From positions 210,001-242,000 of the forward strand of contig NC_005070.1 of assembly GCF_000195975.1 (NCBI RefSeq): 32,000 nucleotides of DNA, written 5' to 3'. Below are positions 1 through 9,195 of the stretch, piece by piece; within the stretch, counting starts at the first letter, position 1; each line of letters starts with the position of its first letter. This DNA is from Parasynechococcus marenigrum WH 8102 (lineage in GTDB: Bacteria; Cyanobacteriota; Cyanobacteriia; PCC-6307; Cyanobiaceae). Made by a program: the position numbers and the translations under genes. The notes below the pieces were generated by a model. The model saw nothing but the letters and a program-made list of their open reading frames with translations. It searched no databases and was not told where the DNA came from.

Positions 1-1
1 C

Positions 2-361
2 GATTACCTCCAGTGCCACGGCGGTTACGACGAAGGCCCCGGCGAACGCCTCGTTTGCTTCTATCACTTATTGGCCATGGCTGAGCAGCTGGAGGCCATG
101 GCGTCTGACCCAGCAGCCCAATTGCGGGAAGTGCGGTTGAAGGTCTTCCTCAGCCGTGAAGGAACACCAGTTCTTCCTTCGATTTACGGACTGTTCCGCG
201 GTGCCGACTGGCAGGAGCGGGAAACATTCGACATGTATGGCATTCAATTCGACGGCCATCCCCACCCCAAACGCCTGCTGATGCCGGAAGACTGGAAGGG
301 TTGGCCGCTGCGCAAGGATTATGTGCAGCCGGATTTCTACGAAATGCAGGACGCCTACTGA
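2..361 (+). CDS. ndhJ: NAD(P)H-quinone oxidoreductase subunit J (NdhJ), C-terminal part; the 5' end lies outside the window
   Basis: The frame is open from the window edge ([24 protein letters not shown]...). The conserved NuoC/NdhJ core is present: [41 protein letters not shown]. Stop TGA at 359-361. Confidence 0.9.
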   Translation, partial: DYLQCHGGYDEGPGERLVCFYHLLAMAEQLEAMASDPAAQLREVRLKVFLSREGTPVLPSIYGLFRGADWQERETFDMYGIQFDGHPHPKRLLMPEDWKGWPLRKDYVQPDFYEMQDAY

Positions 362-1680
362 TCCCGTTCACGGCGATGGCCTCTGTAGAACCGCATCACC
401 GCCAGGGCGAGACTGCGTGAGTCATGTCGGAGTGTGGCGGTTGGTCTGGCTCCTTGAAGGGGAGCTTGGGTGACGTCGTACCCGTCACTGCGTAGATCGT
501 CCGCATCACAGACCACGGGCTGAGCACCGCGGGACCGGTAATGCTCCACCAGGGGCGAATCGTCCAGATCATCCTGAGCCAGGACGGCTGTGAACAGCCG
601 TTGGTCGATGCCGAGGCTGGCCAGCTGTGCTTCGATCGCCCGCAGATGTCCACGCACATCCAGGCCATCCGTTTCCCCGGGTTGGGTCATCAGGTTGCAG
701 ATGTACAGACGAGGCGCTCGGCTTCTACGGATGGCGCTGACCAGTTCCGGCACCAGCAGGTTGGGAAGCAACGAGGTGTAGAGGCTGCCTGGGCCCAGCA
801 GGATCAGATCGGCACTGGCGATCGCCTCCAGGGCTCGGGGCAATGCTGGGGGACGTTCCGGCAGGCAGCCCAGCCGCACGATCGGGCTGGGGGCATGGCC
901 GATGTTGCTTTCCCCCTCAATTCGATCACCATTCTCGAGCTCCGCCCAGAGCCGTACATCCACATTTGTGGCGGGCACCACTTGTCCCTGCACCGCCAGC
1001 ACCCGACTGGAGGCCGTGATGGCGGTTTCCAGATTTCCGGTGATCGCCGTCAGGGCAGAAAGGAACAGGTTGCCGAAGCTGTGGCCTTCCAGCCCGCTGC
1101 CGGCGGTGAAGCGGTACTGGAAGAGGCGGGTGAGCAGGGGTTCTTCGGTGGAGAGCGCTGCAAGGCAGTTGCGGATGTCCCCGGGGGGAAGCACCCCCAG
1201 CTCCCGCCGCAGTCGGCCGCTGCTGCCGCCGTCGTCGGCCACGGTGACGATGGCGGTGATGTGGCTGCTGTAACGCTTCAGGCCACTCAAGAGGGTCGAG
1301 AGACCGGTGCCGCCGCCGATGGCCACGATGTTCGGGCCGCGGTTGAGGCGGCTCTGGGTGCGGAGAGCATCTACCAGCACCGTGTCCTTGTCTGGGGCGA
1401 GGGCCTGCTGGATCGCCCCGAAACTGCGGCTCTGCCCCCAGAGCACCAGGCTGGTGCCGACGATCAACACCAACGGGCCGGTGATTTCGCGCGGCAGCAC
1501 GGTGGTGATCGTGCTCAGAAACCAGCTGAGGGTTTCGAGAATCCAGTAGATCGGTTTGAGATCCGCCCAGACCGCGGCCCCCAGCAGGGCCATCATCAGG
1601 CCGAGCCCTGAGGTCAGCACCCAGCGTTTGACCACCAGACCCGGTTGCAGCCAGCGGACAGCCCGCTGGGAGCGCGTCAT
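355..1680 (-). CDS. YvcK/CofD-like (UPF0052, gluconeogenesis-factor family) protein with an N-terminal membrane segment
   Basis: Family motifs [37 protein letters not shown] and GDIRNCL are present, preceded by hydrophobic helices. I place the start at ATG 1678-1680 (MTRSQRAV...). The upstream 112 codons of the 553-aa ORF are Arg/Pro-rich and run into the divergent gene at 1835. Confidence 0.85.
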   Translation of the reverse strand: MTRSQRAVRWLQPGLVVKRWVLTSGLGLMMALLGAAVWADLKPIYWILETLSWFLSTITTVLPREITGPLVLIVGTSLVLWGQSRSFGAIQQALAPDKDTVLVDALRTQSRLNRGPNIVAIGGGTGLSTLLSGLKRYSSHITAIVTVADDGGSSGRLRRELGVLPPGDIRNCLAALSTEEPLLTRLFQYRFTAGSGLEGHSFGNLFLSALTAITGNLETAITASSRVLAVQGQVVPATNVDVRLWAELENGDRIEGESNIGHAPSPIVRLGCLPERPPALPRALEAIASADLILLGPGSLYTSLLPNLLVPELVSAIRRSRAPRLYICNLMTQPGETDGLDVRGHLRAIEAQLASLGIDQRLFTAVLAQDDLDDSPLVEHYRSRGAQPVVCDADDLRSDGYDVTQAPLQGARPTATLRHDSRSLALAVMRFYRGHRRERDQ

Positions 1681-1834
1681 CAGGTCCCGCCGGCGATAGG
1701 CCCGCAGCACCCTGGCTTGACGACGTTTGCTGTGCGGTGTGACGGGCGGCAAGGGCCGGAGAGTCCGGTCGTTGTTTGAACTGTACGGAGCCCGATGGGG
1801 CACGCCAGGATGGATGTGATTTTCGTCCCAGCGC

Positions 1835-2620
1835 GTGAGCCAGTCCCAGCAGCCGGTGGTCGAGATGCGGGATCTGACGATGCAGTGGGGCGCCCGGCCG
1901 GTGCTGGATCGCGTCAGTTTGGTGATGCAGCCAGGGGAGCGCCTGGCGGTGGTGGGGCCTTCTGGTGCAGGCAAATCAACGGTTCTGCGCCTGCTGGCAG
2001 GGCTGCAGCTGCCCACGAGCGGTGAATTAAGGCTGTTTGAGCGACCGCAGACCTACCTGCGGCTGGATCAGACCGACCCTCCCGATGTGCGGCTGGTGTT
2101 CCAGAACCCGGCTCTGCTGGCGTCGTTGACGGTGGAGCAGAACGTCGGTTTCCTGCTGCGGGAACAGGGGCAGCTGACGCGGGAGGAGATCCGCGAGCGG
2201 GTGGAGGCCTGCCTCGAAGCGGTGGGGTTGTTTGATGTCGCCCACCAGTACCCCGGGGAATTGAGCGGTGGCATGCAGAAACGGGTCAGCTTTGCCCGCG
2301 CGCTGATTGACAACCCGCAGCGGGGAGATGAGGCGATGCCACTGTTGCTCTATGACGAGCCCACGGCGGGGTTGGATCCCGTGGCCTGCACCCGGATCGA
2401 GGATCTGATTGTCAAGACCACCACCGTGGCGAAAGGTTGCTCCGTGGTGGTCAGTCACGTGCGCAGCACGATCGAGCGTTCAGCAGAGCGGGTGGTGATG
2501 GTCTACGGGGGGCACTTCCAGTGGTCTGGCTCGGTGGAGGAGTTCCGCACGACCGACAACCCCTATGTCGAGCAGTTCAGGACCGGTAGCCTGCGCGGAC
2601 CGATGCAGCCCTCACACTGA
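1835..2620 (+). CDS. ABC transporter ATP-binding protein, MlaF/TGD3-like
   Basis: Walker A GPSGAGKS, signature LSGGMQKRVSFARAL and Walker B LLLYDEPTAGLD. GTG start. The stop lies 5 nt before the MCE-domain gene, the usual MlaF-MlaD arrangement. Confidence 0.85.
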   Translation: MSQSQQPVVEMRDLTMQWGARPVLDRVSLVMQPGERLAVVGPSGAGKSTVLRLLAGLQLPTSGELRLFERPQTYLRLDQTDPPDVRLVFQNPALLASLTVEQNVGFLLREQGQLTREEIRERVEACLEAVGLFDVAHQYPGELSGGMQKRVSFARALIDNPQRGDEAMPLLLYDEPTAGLDPVACTRIEDLIVKTTTVAKGCSVVVSHVRSTIERSAERVVMVYGGHFQWSGSVEEFRTTDNPYVEQFRTGSLRGPMQPSH

Positions 2621-2625
2621 TTGCC

Positions 2626-3549
2626 ATGCGACGCAGTGTTCGAGACGCGCTTGTTGGATTCACCGTGATCGGCGGCATTGTTGGCTTTGCAGCCACGGCG
2701 ATGTGGATGCGGGGCATCCGGCTGGGGTCCGGCCATTGGACTGTGACGGCATCGTTCAGTGATGCCGGTGGTCTGGCGGAACGCTCGCCTGTGACTTATC
2801 GCGGCATCCTTGTGGGGTCGGTGCGATCTGTGCGGGTCACCCCTGAGGCGGTGGTTGCGGAACTGGAGATCGACAAGGGAGATCTGCGATTGGCCCTGCC
2901 GGTGACGGCCACGGTGGCCTCCGGTTCCCTGCTCGGCGGAGATGCCCAGGTGGCTCTGGTGAGTCGCGGTACCCCGCTTCCTGAGAGCGCACCGCTGCCG
3001 CAGGCCGGCAGCTGCGAAACGAGTCGTCAGCTCTGTGATGGCGCCGCGATTCAGGGGCAGGAAGCCCCAAGCCTCACCACGGTGACCGAAAGCCTGCAGT
3101 TGCTGCTGTCCCAGGCGAAGGACGCTCAGTTGGTGCCCAACCTGGCCAAATCCACCAAGCAGTTCGAGCAGACCGCGATCGATGCATCGAAGTTTCTCAC
3201 CAACGCTGATGCAACCTCGCGGGAGATCGACGCACTTGTGGAGCAGCTGCGGGTGGAGATCGCCAGAGCCCAACCCATGATCGAGAACCTCAATGCCGCG
3301 ACTGCCAATGCGGTGCAGGCATCGGTGCATGTGAACAACATCGTGACTGCTCTAGACAACCCTAAGACCCTCAATGAGCTGCGTCAGACCGCAGCCAATG
3401 CTGCTGAGCTCACGGCCAAGATCGATTCAGTGGGAGGGGATGTGGCCAATCTCACAGCTGATCCGGCGTTCATGGCCGGCCTGCGCAATGTGACCATCGG
3501 TCTCGGTGAATTGTTTGCAGAGGTGTATCCCGCCGAAACCAGCGAGTAG
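2626..3549 (+). CDS. MCE/MlaD-family substrate-binding protein (TGD2-like)
   Basis: An N-terminal TM helix (LVGFTVIGGIVGFAATAMW) is followed by an MCE domain (SFSDAGGLAERSPVTYRGILVGSVRSVRV...AELEID) and a long Ala/Gln/Asn-rich helical tail. Confidence 0.8.
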   Translation: MRRSVRDALVGFTVIGGIVGFAATAMWMRGIRLGSGHWTVTASFSDAGGLAERSPVTYRGILVGSVRSVRVTPEAVVAELEIDKGDLRLALPVTATVASGSLLGGDAQVALVSRGTPLPESAPLPQAGSCETSRQLCDGAAIQGQEAPSLTTVTESLQLLLSQAKDAQLVPNLAKSTKQFEQTAIDASKFLTNADATSREIDALVEQLRVEIARAQPMIENLNAATANAVQASVHVNNIVTALDNPKTLNELRQTAANAAELTAKIDSVGGDVANLTADPAFMAGLRNVTIGLGELFAEVYPAETSE

Positions 3550-3597
3550 GCACGATATCGCAACTATTTTGTTGCGATATCGGCTAAATATCGTGCC
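3549..3597. terminator. Compound inverted repeat between convergent genes; candidate bidirectional terminator
   Basis: A perfect 12-bp stem pairs 3553-3564 (cgatatcgcaac) with 3571-3582 (gttgcgatatcg) around the loop tatttt. Alternatively, 3549-3558 (ggcacgatat) pairs perfectly with 3588-3597 (atatcgtgcc). This is the only AT-rich spacer between a convergent pair here. No clean U-tract follows either arm. Confidence 0.5.
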
Positions 3598-3607
3598 AGT
3601 TGAAGCG

Positions 3608-5716
3608 TCAGATGTCGTTGATGGCATTCATCGCCACCGCCGCAATCGCCTGATCGCTGGCCTTGGGCAGTTGCACGTATTTGCCTCCAGCCGCTTCGGC
3701 GAGGTCCTTGCCCATGCCGCTGCCGATGAACTTGCGCTCGGTGTCGATCACCAGCAGCTTGATGCCGAGCATCCGGTAGCGGCTGGCCACGTCCAGCACC
3801 TCCTGCTTCAGGTCGGGTTTCTCCTCGCCCTCCAGCTCGGGTTGGCCCAGGGAGGTGCTCAGGGGCACGTTGCCTCGGCCGTCCGTGATGGCCACCACCA
3901 CCACCTGGCCGAGATCCCCTGTGGCCAGTGCATTGGCGCCGACGCGGGCCGCCTGGGTGAGGCCATGGGCCAGCGGTGAACCACCGCCACAGGGCATCGA
4001 TTCCAGCCGCCGGCGGGCGGCTGTGATCGAGCGGGTGGGGGGCAGCAACACCTCGGCCTGATCGCCGCGGAAGGGGATCAGGGCCACCTCGTCGCGGTTT
4101 TCGTAGGCCTCAGTGAGCAGTCGAATCACGGCACCCTTGGCGCTTTGCATCCGATTCAGGGCCATCGAACCGCTGGCATCCACCAGGAACACCACCAGGG
4201 CGCCGGCCTTGCGCTGCAGCAACTTGGCGCGGAGGTCGCCTTCTTCCACGATCACCGAACGGCCTGGTTCTCGCTCTCGACGGATCTTCTGGTATGGCGC
4301 AGCCGCCCGCAGGGTGGCGTCCACGGCGATGCGGCGCACCGGTCCGCGCGGCAGCATCGGTTTCACGTAGCGGCCGCGGCTGTCGCTGAGCACCACCGAT
4401 CGGCTGCCGCTGTTGCCGCTCTTGGCCTTGGCGGCATTAAACAGCAGCAGATCGGGATCCACCTCGATCGCCTCCGGGTCGAGAATGAACTCTTCGGGAA
4501 CGGCTGGAGGGGCCTGATCCTCTTCGCCGTCACCGTCGTCGTCTTCCGTGTCGTTGTCGTCGTTGCTGTCCTCAGGAGGATCGCTGTCCTCCTCATCGGA
4601 GCCCTCCGGTGGTGGGGGCGGGTTGTCTTGCTGTTGATCGCCCTGGTCCTGGGGCGGTGGTGGAGGCTCCTGGTCCTGCGGCGGCGGTGGTTCCATTTGC
4701 TGGTCCGGTGGCGGCATCTGGGAGGCCCGCGGTGCGATCACCAGAGCCACGGCCACCTGCAGATCGTCGGCCTCCACGGTGTCGCGGCCGGAGAGGGCGG
4801 CATGGGCCCGGGCCACCCGAACCGCGTAAAGCTCGGAGCGATGTCCCTCCACACCGCCGCGGATCGCCTCGGTGACGAGGTATTCGATCTGCTCGCGACT
4901 GATCAACACATCCGGCAGCCACTGGCGAGCCAGCAGCAGCTGGGTGGCCAGGGCATCGGTCTCCTCGCCCCACTTCTGAGCAAAGCTGCGGCTGCATTGG
5001 CCGTGGCTGAGCACGGCGCCGGTGATCTCCACCCGCTGCTCGGTGCTCACCACTTGGTTGGCCGAGAGCGCAATGGCGAAGCGATCGAGCAGGTGATCGC
5101 GAACGTTGCCTTCCTCCGGGTTGTACGTGGCGATCAACAGGGGCCGGCAGGGGTGGCTGAGGCTGAGGCCTTCCCGTTCTACCCGGTTTTCGCCGCTGCC
5201 CACGGCCGCCAGCATCAAATTGACGATGCCGTCGTCCAGCAGGTTCAGTTCATCGACATAGAGCACGCCGCGGTGGGCATCCGCCAGCAAACCCGGCTGG
5301 AACACGGCGCTGCCGCTGGCCAAGGACGCGGCCACATCCAGCGCACCCACCAACCTGTCTTCGGTAATCCCCAGAGGGATCTGCACAAAAGGTGCTGGGA
5401 TCACCTTGGAGGGGGGCTCACCGCTGATGCGCTCCCGGGTGGTGTCATCCCACTCCTCAGGGTTCTGCGGATCGAGGTTGCGACCGACGCCGTTGTCGAC
5501 ATCGAGGATGTCGATGGGCGGCAACAGCGCATGGAGGCCACGGGCCAGAACGGATTTACCGGTGCCGCGCCCGCCGGCGATCACCACGCCGCCGAGGCCT
5601 GGATCAACCGCCGCCAGCAACAGCGCCAGCTTGAGGGTGCCGTGGCCTGTGATGGCGGCCAGGGGAAAGGCTCGGGTCGCCCGGTCGTCGGTCACCGCAA
5701 CACCGCTTGCCACCAT
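3608..5716 (-). CDS. chlD: Magnesium chelatase subunit D
   Basis: N-terminal AAA+ module ([20 protein letters not shown]; [12 protein letters not shown]), then a Pro/Asp/Glu-rich linker ([16 protein letters not shown]...[27 protein letters not shown]), then a C-terminal vWA domain with MIDAS motif DASGSM. The start is taken at ATG 5714-5716 ([19 protein letters not shown]...), which avoids overlap with vapC. Confidence 0.92.
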   Translation of the reverse strand: MVASGVAVTDDRATRAFPLAAITGHGTLKLALLLAAVDPGLGGVVIAGGRGTGKSVLARGLHALLPPIDILDVDNGVGRNLDPQNPEEWDDTTRERISGEPPSKVIPAPFVQIPLGITEDRLVGALDVAASLASGSAVFQPGLLADAHRGVLYVDELNLLDDGIVNLMLAAVGSGENRVEREGLSLSHPCRPLLIATYNPEEGNVRDHLLDRFAIALSANQVVSTEQRVEITGAVLSHGQCSRSFAQKWGEETDALATQLLLARQWLPDVLISREQIEYLVTEAIRGGVEGHRSELYAVRVARAHAALSGRDTVEADDLQVAVALVIAPRASQMPPPDQQMEPPPPQDQEPPPPPQDQGDQQQDNPPPPPEGSDEEDSDPPEDSNDDNDTEDDDGDGEEDQAPPAVPEEFILDPEAIEVDPDLLLFNAAKAKSGNSGSRSVVLSDSRGRYVKPMLPRGPVRRIAVDATLRAAAPYQKIRREREPGRSVIVEEGDLRAKLLQRKAGALVVFLVDASGSMALNRMQSAKGAVIRLLTEAYENRDEVALIPFRGDQAEVLLPPTRSITAARRRLESMPCGGGSPLAHGLTQAARVGANALATGDLGQVVVVAITDGRGNVPLSTSLGQPELEGEEKPDLKQEVLDVASRYRMLGIKLLVIDTERKFIGSGMGKDLAEAAGGKYVQLPKASDQAIAAVAMNAINDI

Positions 5717-5765
5717 GGACGCGTTCAGCCCGCATGTGCGCGCCAGTCTCGCTGATGCCCCGCGT

Positions 5766-6128
5766 TCAGAGTGAGTAGGGGTGCAGCACGTCGCCCAGGC
5801 TGAGGGGGAAGTCCTTGCTGTTGCGCGTGGCCAGGGCCAGGCCATGGCAACGGGCCGTGGCCAGGATGATCGCTTCAGGCACTTTGAGACCATGCCGCCG
5901 GCGGGCCTGCACAGATTCCCGCGCGACGTCGCGGTCCAGTGAAAGCCGCTCGAAGGAATCCAGCCAGGCTTCCACGGTCTGGCTTTCCGCGGTGCGGCAG
6001 CCGACCAGCACTTCGATCCAGGTGATCACGCTGACGGCGGGCTGCTGCTGCTCTTCAAGCCAGTCGCGTGCCGTGGTTTCTCCTTTCAGGACGTCGATCA
6101 GCACATTGGTGTCGAGGAGCAGTCGCAT
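5766..6128 (-). CDS. vapC: PIN-domain ribonuclease toxin VapC
   Basis: [14 protein letters not shown]... with acidic PIN residues (DTN..., ...IILATAR...LATRNSKDF). ATG 6126-6128 shares one base with the vapB stop (TGATG). An alternative ATG lies four codons upstream at 6138-6140. Confidence 0.85.
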   Translation of the reverse strand: MRLLLDTNVLIDVLKGETTARDWLEEQQQPAVSVITWIEVLVGCRTAESQTVEAWLDSFERLSLDRDVARESVQARRRHGLKVPEAIILATARCHGLALATRNSKDFPLSLGDVLHPYSL

Positions 6129-6346
6129 CAGCGCGTCCATTCCTGCCGCAGCTCGGATTCGAGCGTCAGGGCATCAGCGTTGCGGTCGCGCCAGAGGCCG
6201 AACACGTCTGCGGATCGGGGGTGCTGGTGTTGCAGCCAGAGGTGCAGCGCTTCGCGGATCGCTGCGGCACGGGAGAGGCCCCGCTGACGACAATGGGCAT
6301 CGAGCACAGCGCGTTCGTCCTCAGGGAGGTCGATGATCGTGCGCAT
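6128..6346 (-). CDS. vapB: Ribbon-helix-helix (CopG-type) antitoxin VapB
   Basis: MRTIIDLPEDERAVLDAHCRQRGLSRAAAIREALHLWL has the beta-strand/helix/helix pattern of RHH antitoxins. It lies directly upstream of, and coupled to, the PIN gene. The longer ORF start (ATG 6374-6376) falls inside the putative -10 box, so I prefer ATG 6344-6346. Confidence 0.75.
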   Translation of the reverse strand: MRTIIDLPEDERAVLDAHCRQRGLSRAAAIREALHLWLQHQHPRSADVFGLWRDRNADALTLESELRQEWTR

Positions 6347-6371
6347 GCAGTCAGCGTTATCAGATGTCGTC

Positions 6372-6399
6372 ATCATAGATTCAATGTCATTCCTGTCAG
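6372..6399 (-). promoter_or_regulatory. Candidate sigma70-type promoter for vapBC
   Basis: The minus strand reads CTGACA-16 nt-TATGAT (-35 at 6394-6399, -10 at 6372-6377) in the AT-rich divergent spacer. This is a pattern match only. Confidence 0.3.
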
Positions 6400-6406
6400 T
6401 TCGCGC

Positions 6407-6898
6407 GTGTCTGTTGCGCCCACTGCCGGCAACGACCTGGGGGTTGCCCTGGGGGCCAACCGATCCAGTGCGGTGGGATCACCCCGCGCCACGCTGCTGG
6501 CGGTGAGGCCACTGCTCGAGGAGCAGGTGCAGGTCTGGTCCTCTCAGGCTCTTGGTTTTCGCTGGTCGGAGCTGCATGACACCACCCCTGTCGGTGGCCC
6601 CCCCGATCAGCCCTGTTACTGCAATGCGGTGCTGCTGGTGGAGGGGCTGAAGGCCCCGCCGGGCGAGGCAGCCGCCCTGCAATTGCTGGATGCGCTGCAG
6701 GGGTTGGAGCAGCAGTTCGGCCGCGACCGATCGCTGGAACAGCGTTGGGGTCCCCGCAGCCTCGATCTAGACCTGCTGTTCTGGGGGGAGTTCCGGCTGG
6801 AGCACCCGCGGCTGCTCTTGCCTCACCCCCGCCTGCACCTCAGGACGTTCGTGCTGGCGCCGCTGCTGGAGGCGATGCAGGGGTCGGCGTCACGGTGA
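6407..6898 (+). CDS. folK: 2-amino-4-hydroxy-6-hydroxymethyldihydropteridine pyrophosphokinase (HPPK)
   Basis: VALGANRSS...WSELHDTTPVGGPPDQPCYCNAVLLVE...GRDRSLEQRWGPRSLDLDLLFWGE...LPHPRLHLRTFVLAPLLE matches HPPK motifs. GTG 6407 is the first plausible start that is not antisense to vapB. The 5' part of the 276-aa ORF (6068-6406) is antisense to vapBC. Confidence 0.85.
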   Translation: MSVAPTAGNDLGVALGANRSSAVGSPRATLLAVRPLLEEQVQVWSSQALGFRWSELHDTTPVGGPPDQPCYCNAVLLVEGLKAPPGEAAALQLLDALQGLEQQFGRDRSLEQRWGPRSLDLDLLFWGEFRLEHPRLLLPHPRLHLRTFVLAPLLEAMQGSASR

Positions 6899-8597
6899 TC
6901 ACTTGATCGGCCTGGGCCAACAGCTCTGAGTCGTGACTGCTGATCAGCATCAGCCGCTGCTGGGCGCGTTCGCGAATCACCGAACGCACGTGCTCAGCGG
7001 CTTTGGCATCCAGAAAAGCCGTCGGTTCATCGAGCACTTCGAATGGCTTGTCGCGCAGCCAGGCCCGCAGCAGCCCCAGCCGATGAATCTCTCCGCCGGA
7101 GAAGGGGTCCTGCGCCAGGGCCAGCGGTGCATCCAGTCCGCCAGGGCGTTCCAGCAGGTGGGCCAGCCCCAACCGTTGCAGCCAGGTTTCGATCGCGTCC
7201 TGATGGTGATCGGCCCCCAATAGCAGGTTCTCGCGCAGGCTCGCTTCAAACAGCACCGCGTTCTGGGGGGCGTAGGCAATCAGCTGATGCATCTGCCGCG
7301 CCCCGGCCAGCCCGCTCAGTCGCCAGGTGTTGCCGGCGCCGTTCAGCTGCCAGTGACTGTCTTCCTCGTTGAGCAGTCCACAGACGCGATCGATCAACGT
7401 CGTCTTGCCGCTGCCGGAGGGCCCGGTGATCGCCACCAACCCGTTGGCGTACATGTCAAGCGACGTCAGGCCTGTGGAGGTGTCAGCACCGCTGCTCCAG
7501 TGCAGCTCATTCCAGCGCGCTGTCGAGAGCGTCGTCAGGCTGGCATCAGCAATCGTGCGGTCGCTGGCGTCGCCCTGGCGGGGGACCAGTTGACCGCGCC
7601 GCTGGCGCAGCGCCTCATAGCCCGGCAGGTTGCCCAGGCAGAGCCGGCGCGCCTGCACCACCGTGCTCAGGGACGCACTGGCCCGGTAGGCCAGCACCAG
7701 GGTGGTGGTGAGCGTTTCGGCGGTCAGGGTCTCGCCTTGCAGCAGCATCCACACGCCGGCGACGGCCACCACCAGGGTGTCGCGCCAGGCGTTGTAGCCG
7801 GCCCGACGCCGCACCCGTTCCCGCAGCAGCCAGCGTCCTTCCGCTGTTTCCTTGGCGAAGCGCTGCAGCAGCCAGCCTTCCGCCGTTGCGGCGCGCAGGG
7901 CCTTGAGCCCGTGCAGCCCGTCCCCGACGGTGCGCTGCAGGGCTGTATTCAGTCGGCTTTGGATCCGCCCGAGTCCCCAACTGCCGGAGCGTTGCAGCAG
8001 GGCCGCTGCCGTGGTGGCCAGCAAGGCGAGCAACAGCGGCCAGGCTGTGGCCTGGCCCACCAGCACCACGCTGGCGAGGTAGATGCCCATGGCCAGCAGC
8101 GACTGCCCCATCCGCACCGCTTGGTCCAGGCTCAGGGCCGTGCGGTTGATGTCGGCCATCAACAGGGCGAGCAGCTCGCCGCGCCCCAGCTGATCGAGTT
8201 GCGCCGACGAGGCTTCAAATACCTGATGCAGCAGCTGTTGGCGCAGCCGATCGGTGAAGCCGGAGCGCAGCCGCTCTCGGTTGATATCGACCTGGGCTTG
8301 AATCAGACCCCGCAGAAGGATCAGGCCCACCAGCAGCCCGAGGCTCGCGGCAACGGGAAGCCCGCTGATCAGGGGTGCGGTGTCCGTGCTGGATCCTGAC
8401 CCCAGCAGCAGCGTCACCGCCAGGCCGAGGCCGGCGATGTCAAGCAGGCTGCTGAGGCAGCTCAGTCCGCTCAGCCAGGCCAGATGGCGCCACCCCGCCT
8501 CGAGGGCCAGGGCTTTGAGCAGTTGGACCTGGCGCCGACGGGGCAGTGGTTGCGGGCCTGTTTCGTTCAAGGCAGACGACACGGGGGCTGGGTTCAC
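6840..8597 (-). CDS. Fused permease/ATPase ABC exporter (type I exporter fold)
   Basis: The N-terminal roughly 300 aa carry multiple TM helices. The C-terminal NBD has Walker A GPSGSGKT, signature FSGGEIHRLGL, Walker B FEVLDEPTAFLD and H-loop SSHD. GTG start at 8595-8597. Confidence 0.8.
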   Translation of the reverse strand: MNPAPVSSALNETGPQPLPRRRQVQLLKALALEAGWRHLAWLSGLSCLSSLLDIAGLGLAVTLLLGSGSSTDTAPLISGLPVAASLGLLVGLILLRGLIQAQVDINRERLRSGFTDRLRQQLLHQVFEASSAQLDQLGRGELLALLMADINRTALSLDQAVRMGQSLLAMGIYLASVVLVGQATAWPLLLALLATTAAALLQRSGSWGLGRIQSRLNTALQRTVGDGLHGLKALRAATAEGWLLQRFAKETAEGRWLLRERVRRRAGYNAWRDTLVVAVAGVWMLLQGETLTAETLTTTLVLAYRASASLSTVVQARRLCLGNLPGYEALRQRRGQLVPRQGDASDRTIADASLTTLSTARWNELHWSSGADTSTGLTSLDMYANGLVAITGPSGSGKTTLIDRVCGLLNEEDSHWQLNGAGNTWRLSGLAGARQMHQLIAYAPQNAVLFEASLRENLLLGADHHQDAIETWLQRLGLAHLLERPGGLDAPLALAQDPFSGGEIHRLGLLRAWLRDKPFEVLDEPTAFLDAKAAEHVRSVIRERAQQRLMLISSHDSELLAQADQVITVTPTPASPPAAAPARTS

Positions 8598-8631
8598 CCG
8601 CCATGCTGGGCCTCAGCAATGCCCCTGAGCC

Positions 8632-9195
8632 ATGGCGCCGCTTCCGGCCCCGGAACCCTTCGAGTTGCTGGACACCGTTGAGGCGGTGGATGCGCGCAAG
8701 ATCCGCTTCGAGCGCAACCGGATCAAGCTGCCGATGGGGGTGGAGGCCACCTTCGGGATGATCCGACACCCCGGCGCCTCCCTGGCGGTGCCCATCACAG
8801 CGGATGGCCATGTGGTGTTGCTGCGCCAGTACCGCTTCGCCGTACAGGCGCGCTTGTTGGAATTTCCGGCCGGCACCCTGGAGGAGGGGGAGGACCCGCT
8901 GGAATCGATGCAGCGGGAACTGGGGGAAGAGGCCGGCTACAGCGCGGCCCGCTGGGATTCCCTGGGGCCGATGCTGCCCTGCCCCGGTTACTCAGATGAG
9001 GTGATCCATTGCTTCCTGGCTCGGGAGCTGACGCCCCTGGAGAACCCGCCGGCTGGCGATGAGGACGAAGACCTGGAGGTGGTGTTGATGACTCCCATGG
9101 ATCTCGATGCGCGGCTGGGATCCGGCGATGAATGGCTCGATGGCAAGAGCGTCACCGCCTGGTATCGCGCCAAACAACTGTTGGGCCTGGGATGA
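8632..9195 (+). CDS. NUDIX hydrolase (ADP-ribose pyrophosphatase-like)
   Basis: Complete Nudix box GTLEEGEDPLESMQRELGEEAGY (GX5EX7REUXEEXGU). Confidence 0.88.
   Translation: MAPLPAPEPFELLDTVEAVDARKIRFERNRIKLPMGVEATFGMIRHPGASLAVPITADGHVVLLRQYRFAVQARLLEFPAGTLEEGEDPLESMQRELGEEAGYSAARWDSLGPMLPCPGYSDEVIHCFLARELTPLENPPAGDEDEDLEVVLMTPMDLDARLGSGDEWLDGKSVTAWYRAKQLLGLG

Noticed and set aside
541-1611. Long antisense ORFs opposite well-supported genes. Examples: 541-1611(+), 4145-5755(+), 7287-8399(+), 11003-11989(+), 12127-13023(-), 13200-13916(+), 15196-15861(-), 18601-19362(+), 19708-20595(+), 22380-23198(+), 24261-25127(+) and 25151-25975(-).
   Set aside because: Their translations are Arg/Gly/Pro/His/Gln-rich and low in complexity, with no recognisable motifs. 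Each lies fully inside a gene on the other strand that has clear family signatures. Shadow ORFs of this kind are expected in GC-rich DNA.
1681-2016. N-terminal extensions implied by the longest-ORF calls. Cases: 355-2016, 3608-5893, 6068-6898, 9132-10625, 23086-23790 and 27438-28622.
   Set aside because: The extensions overlap neighbouring genes, have junk-like composition, and precede internal start codons that coincide with the conserved N-termini (and often with ATGA/TGATG coupling). Shorter starts were chosen.
4480-4720. A repetitive-looking GC/GA-rich stretch encoding [22 protein letters not shown]...[27 protein letters not shown]; considered as a tandem repeat or a foreign insert.
   Set aside because: A Pro-rich plus acidic linker between the AAA+ and vWA domains is a known hallmark of ChlD/BchD. 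The frame is continuous and there are no exact DNA repeat units.
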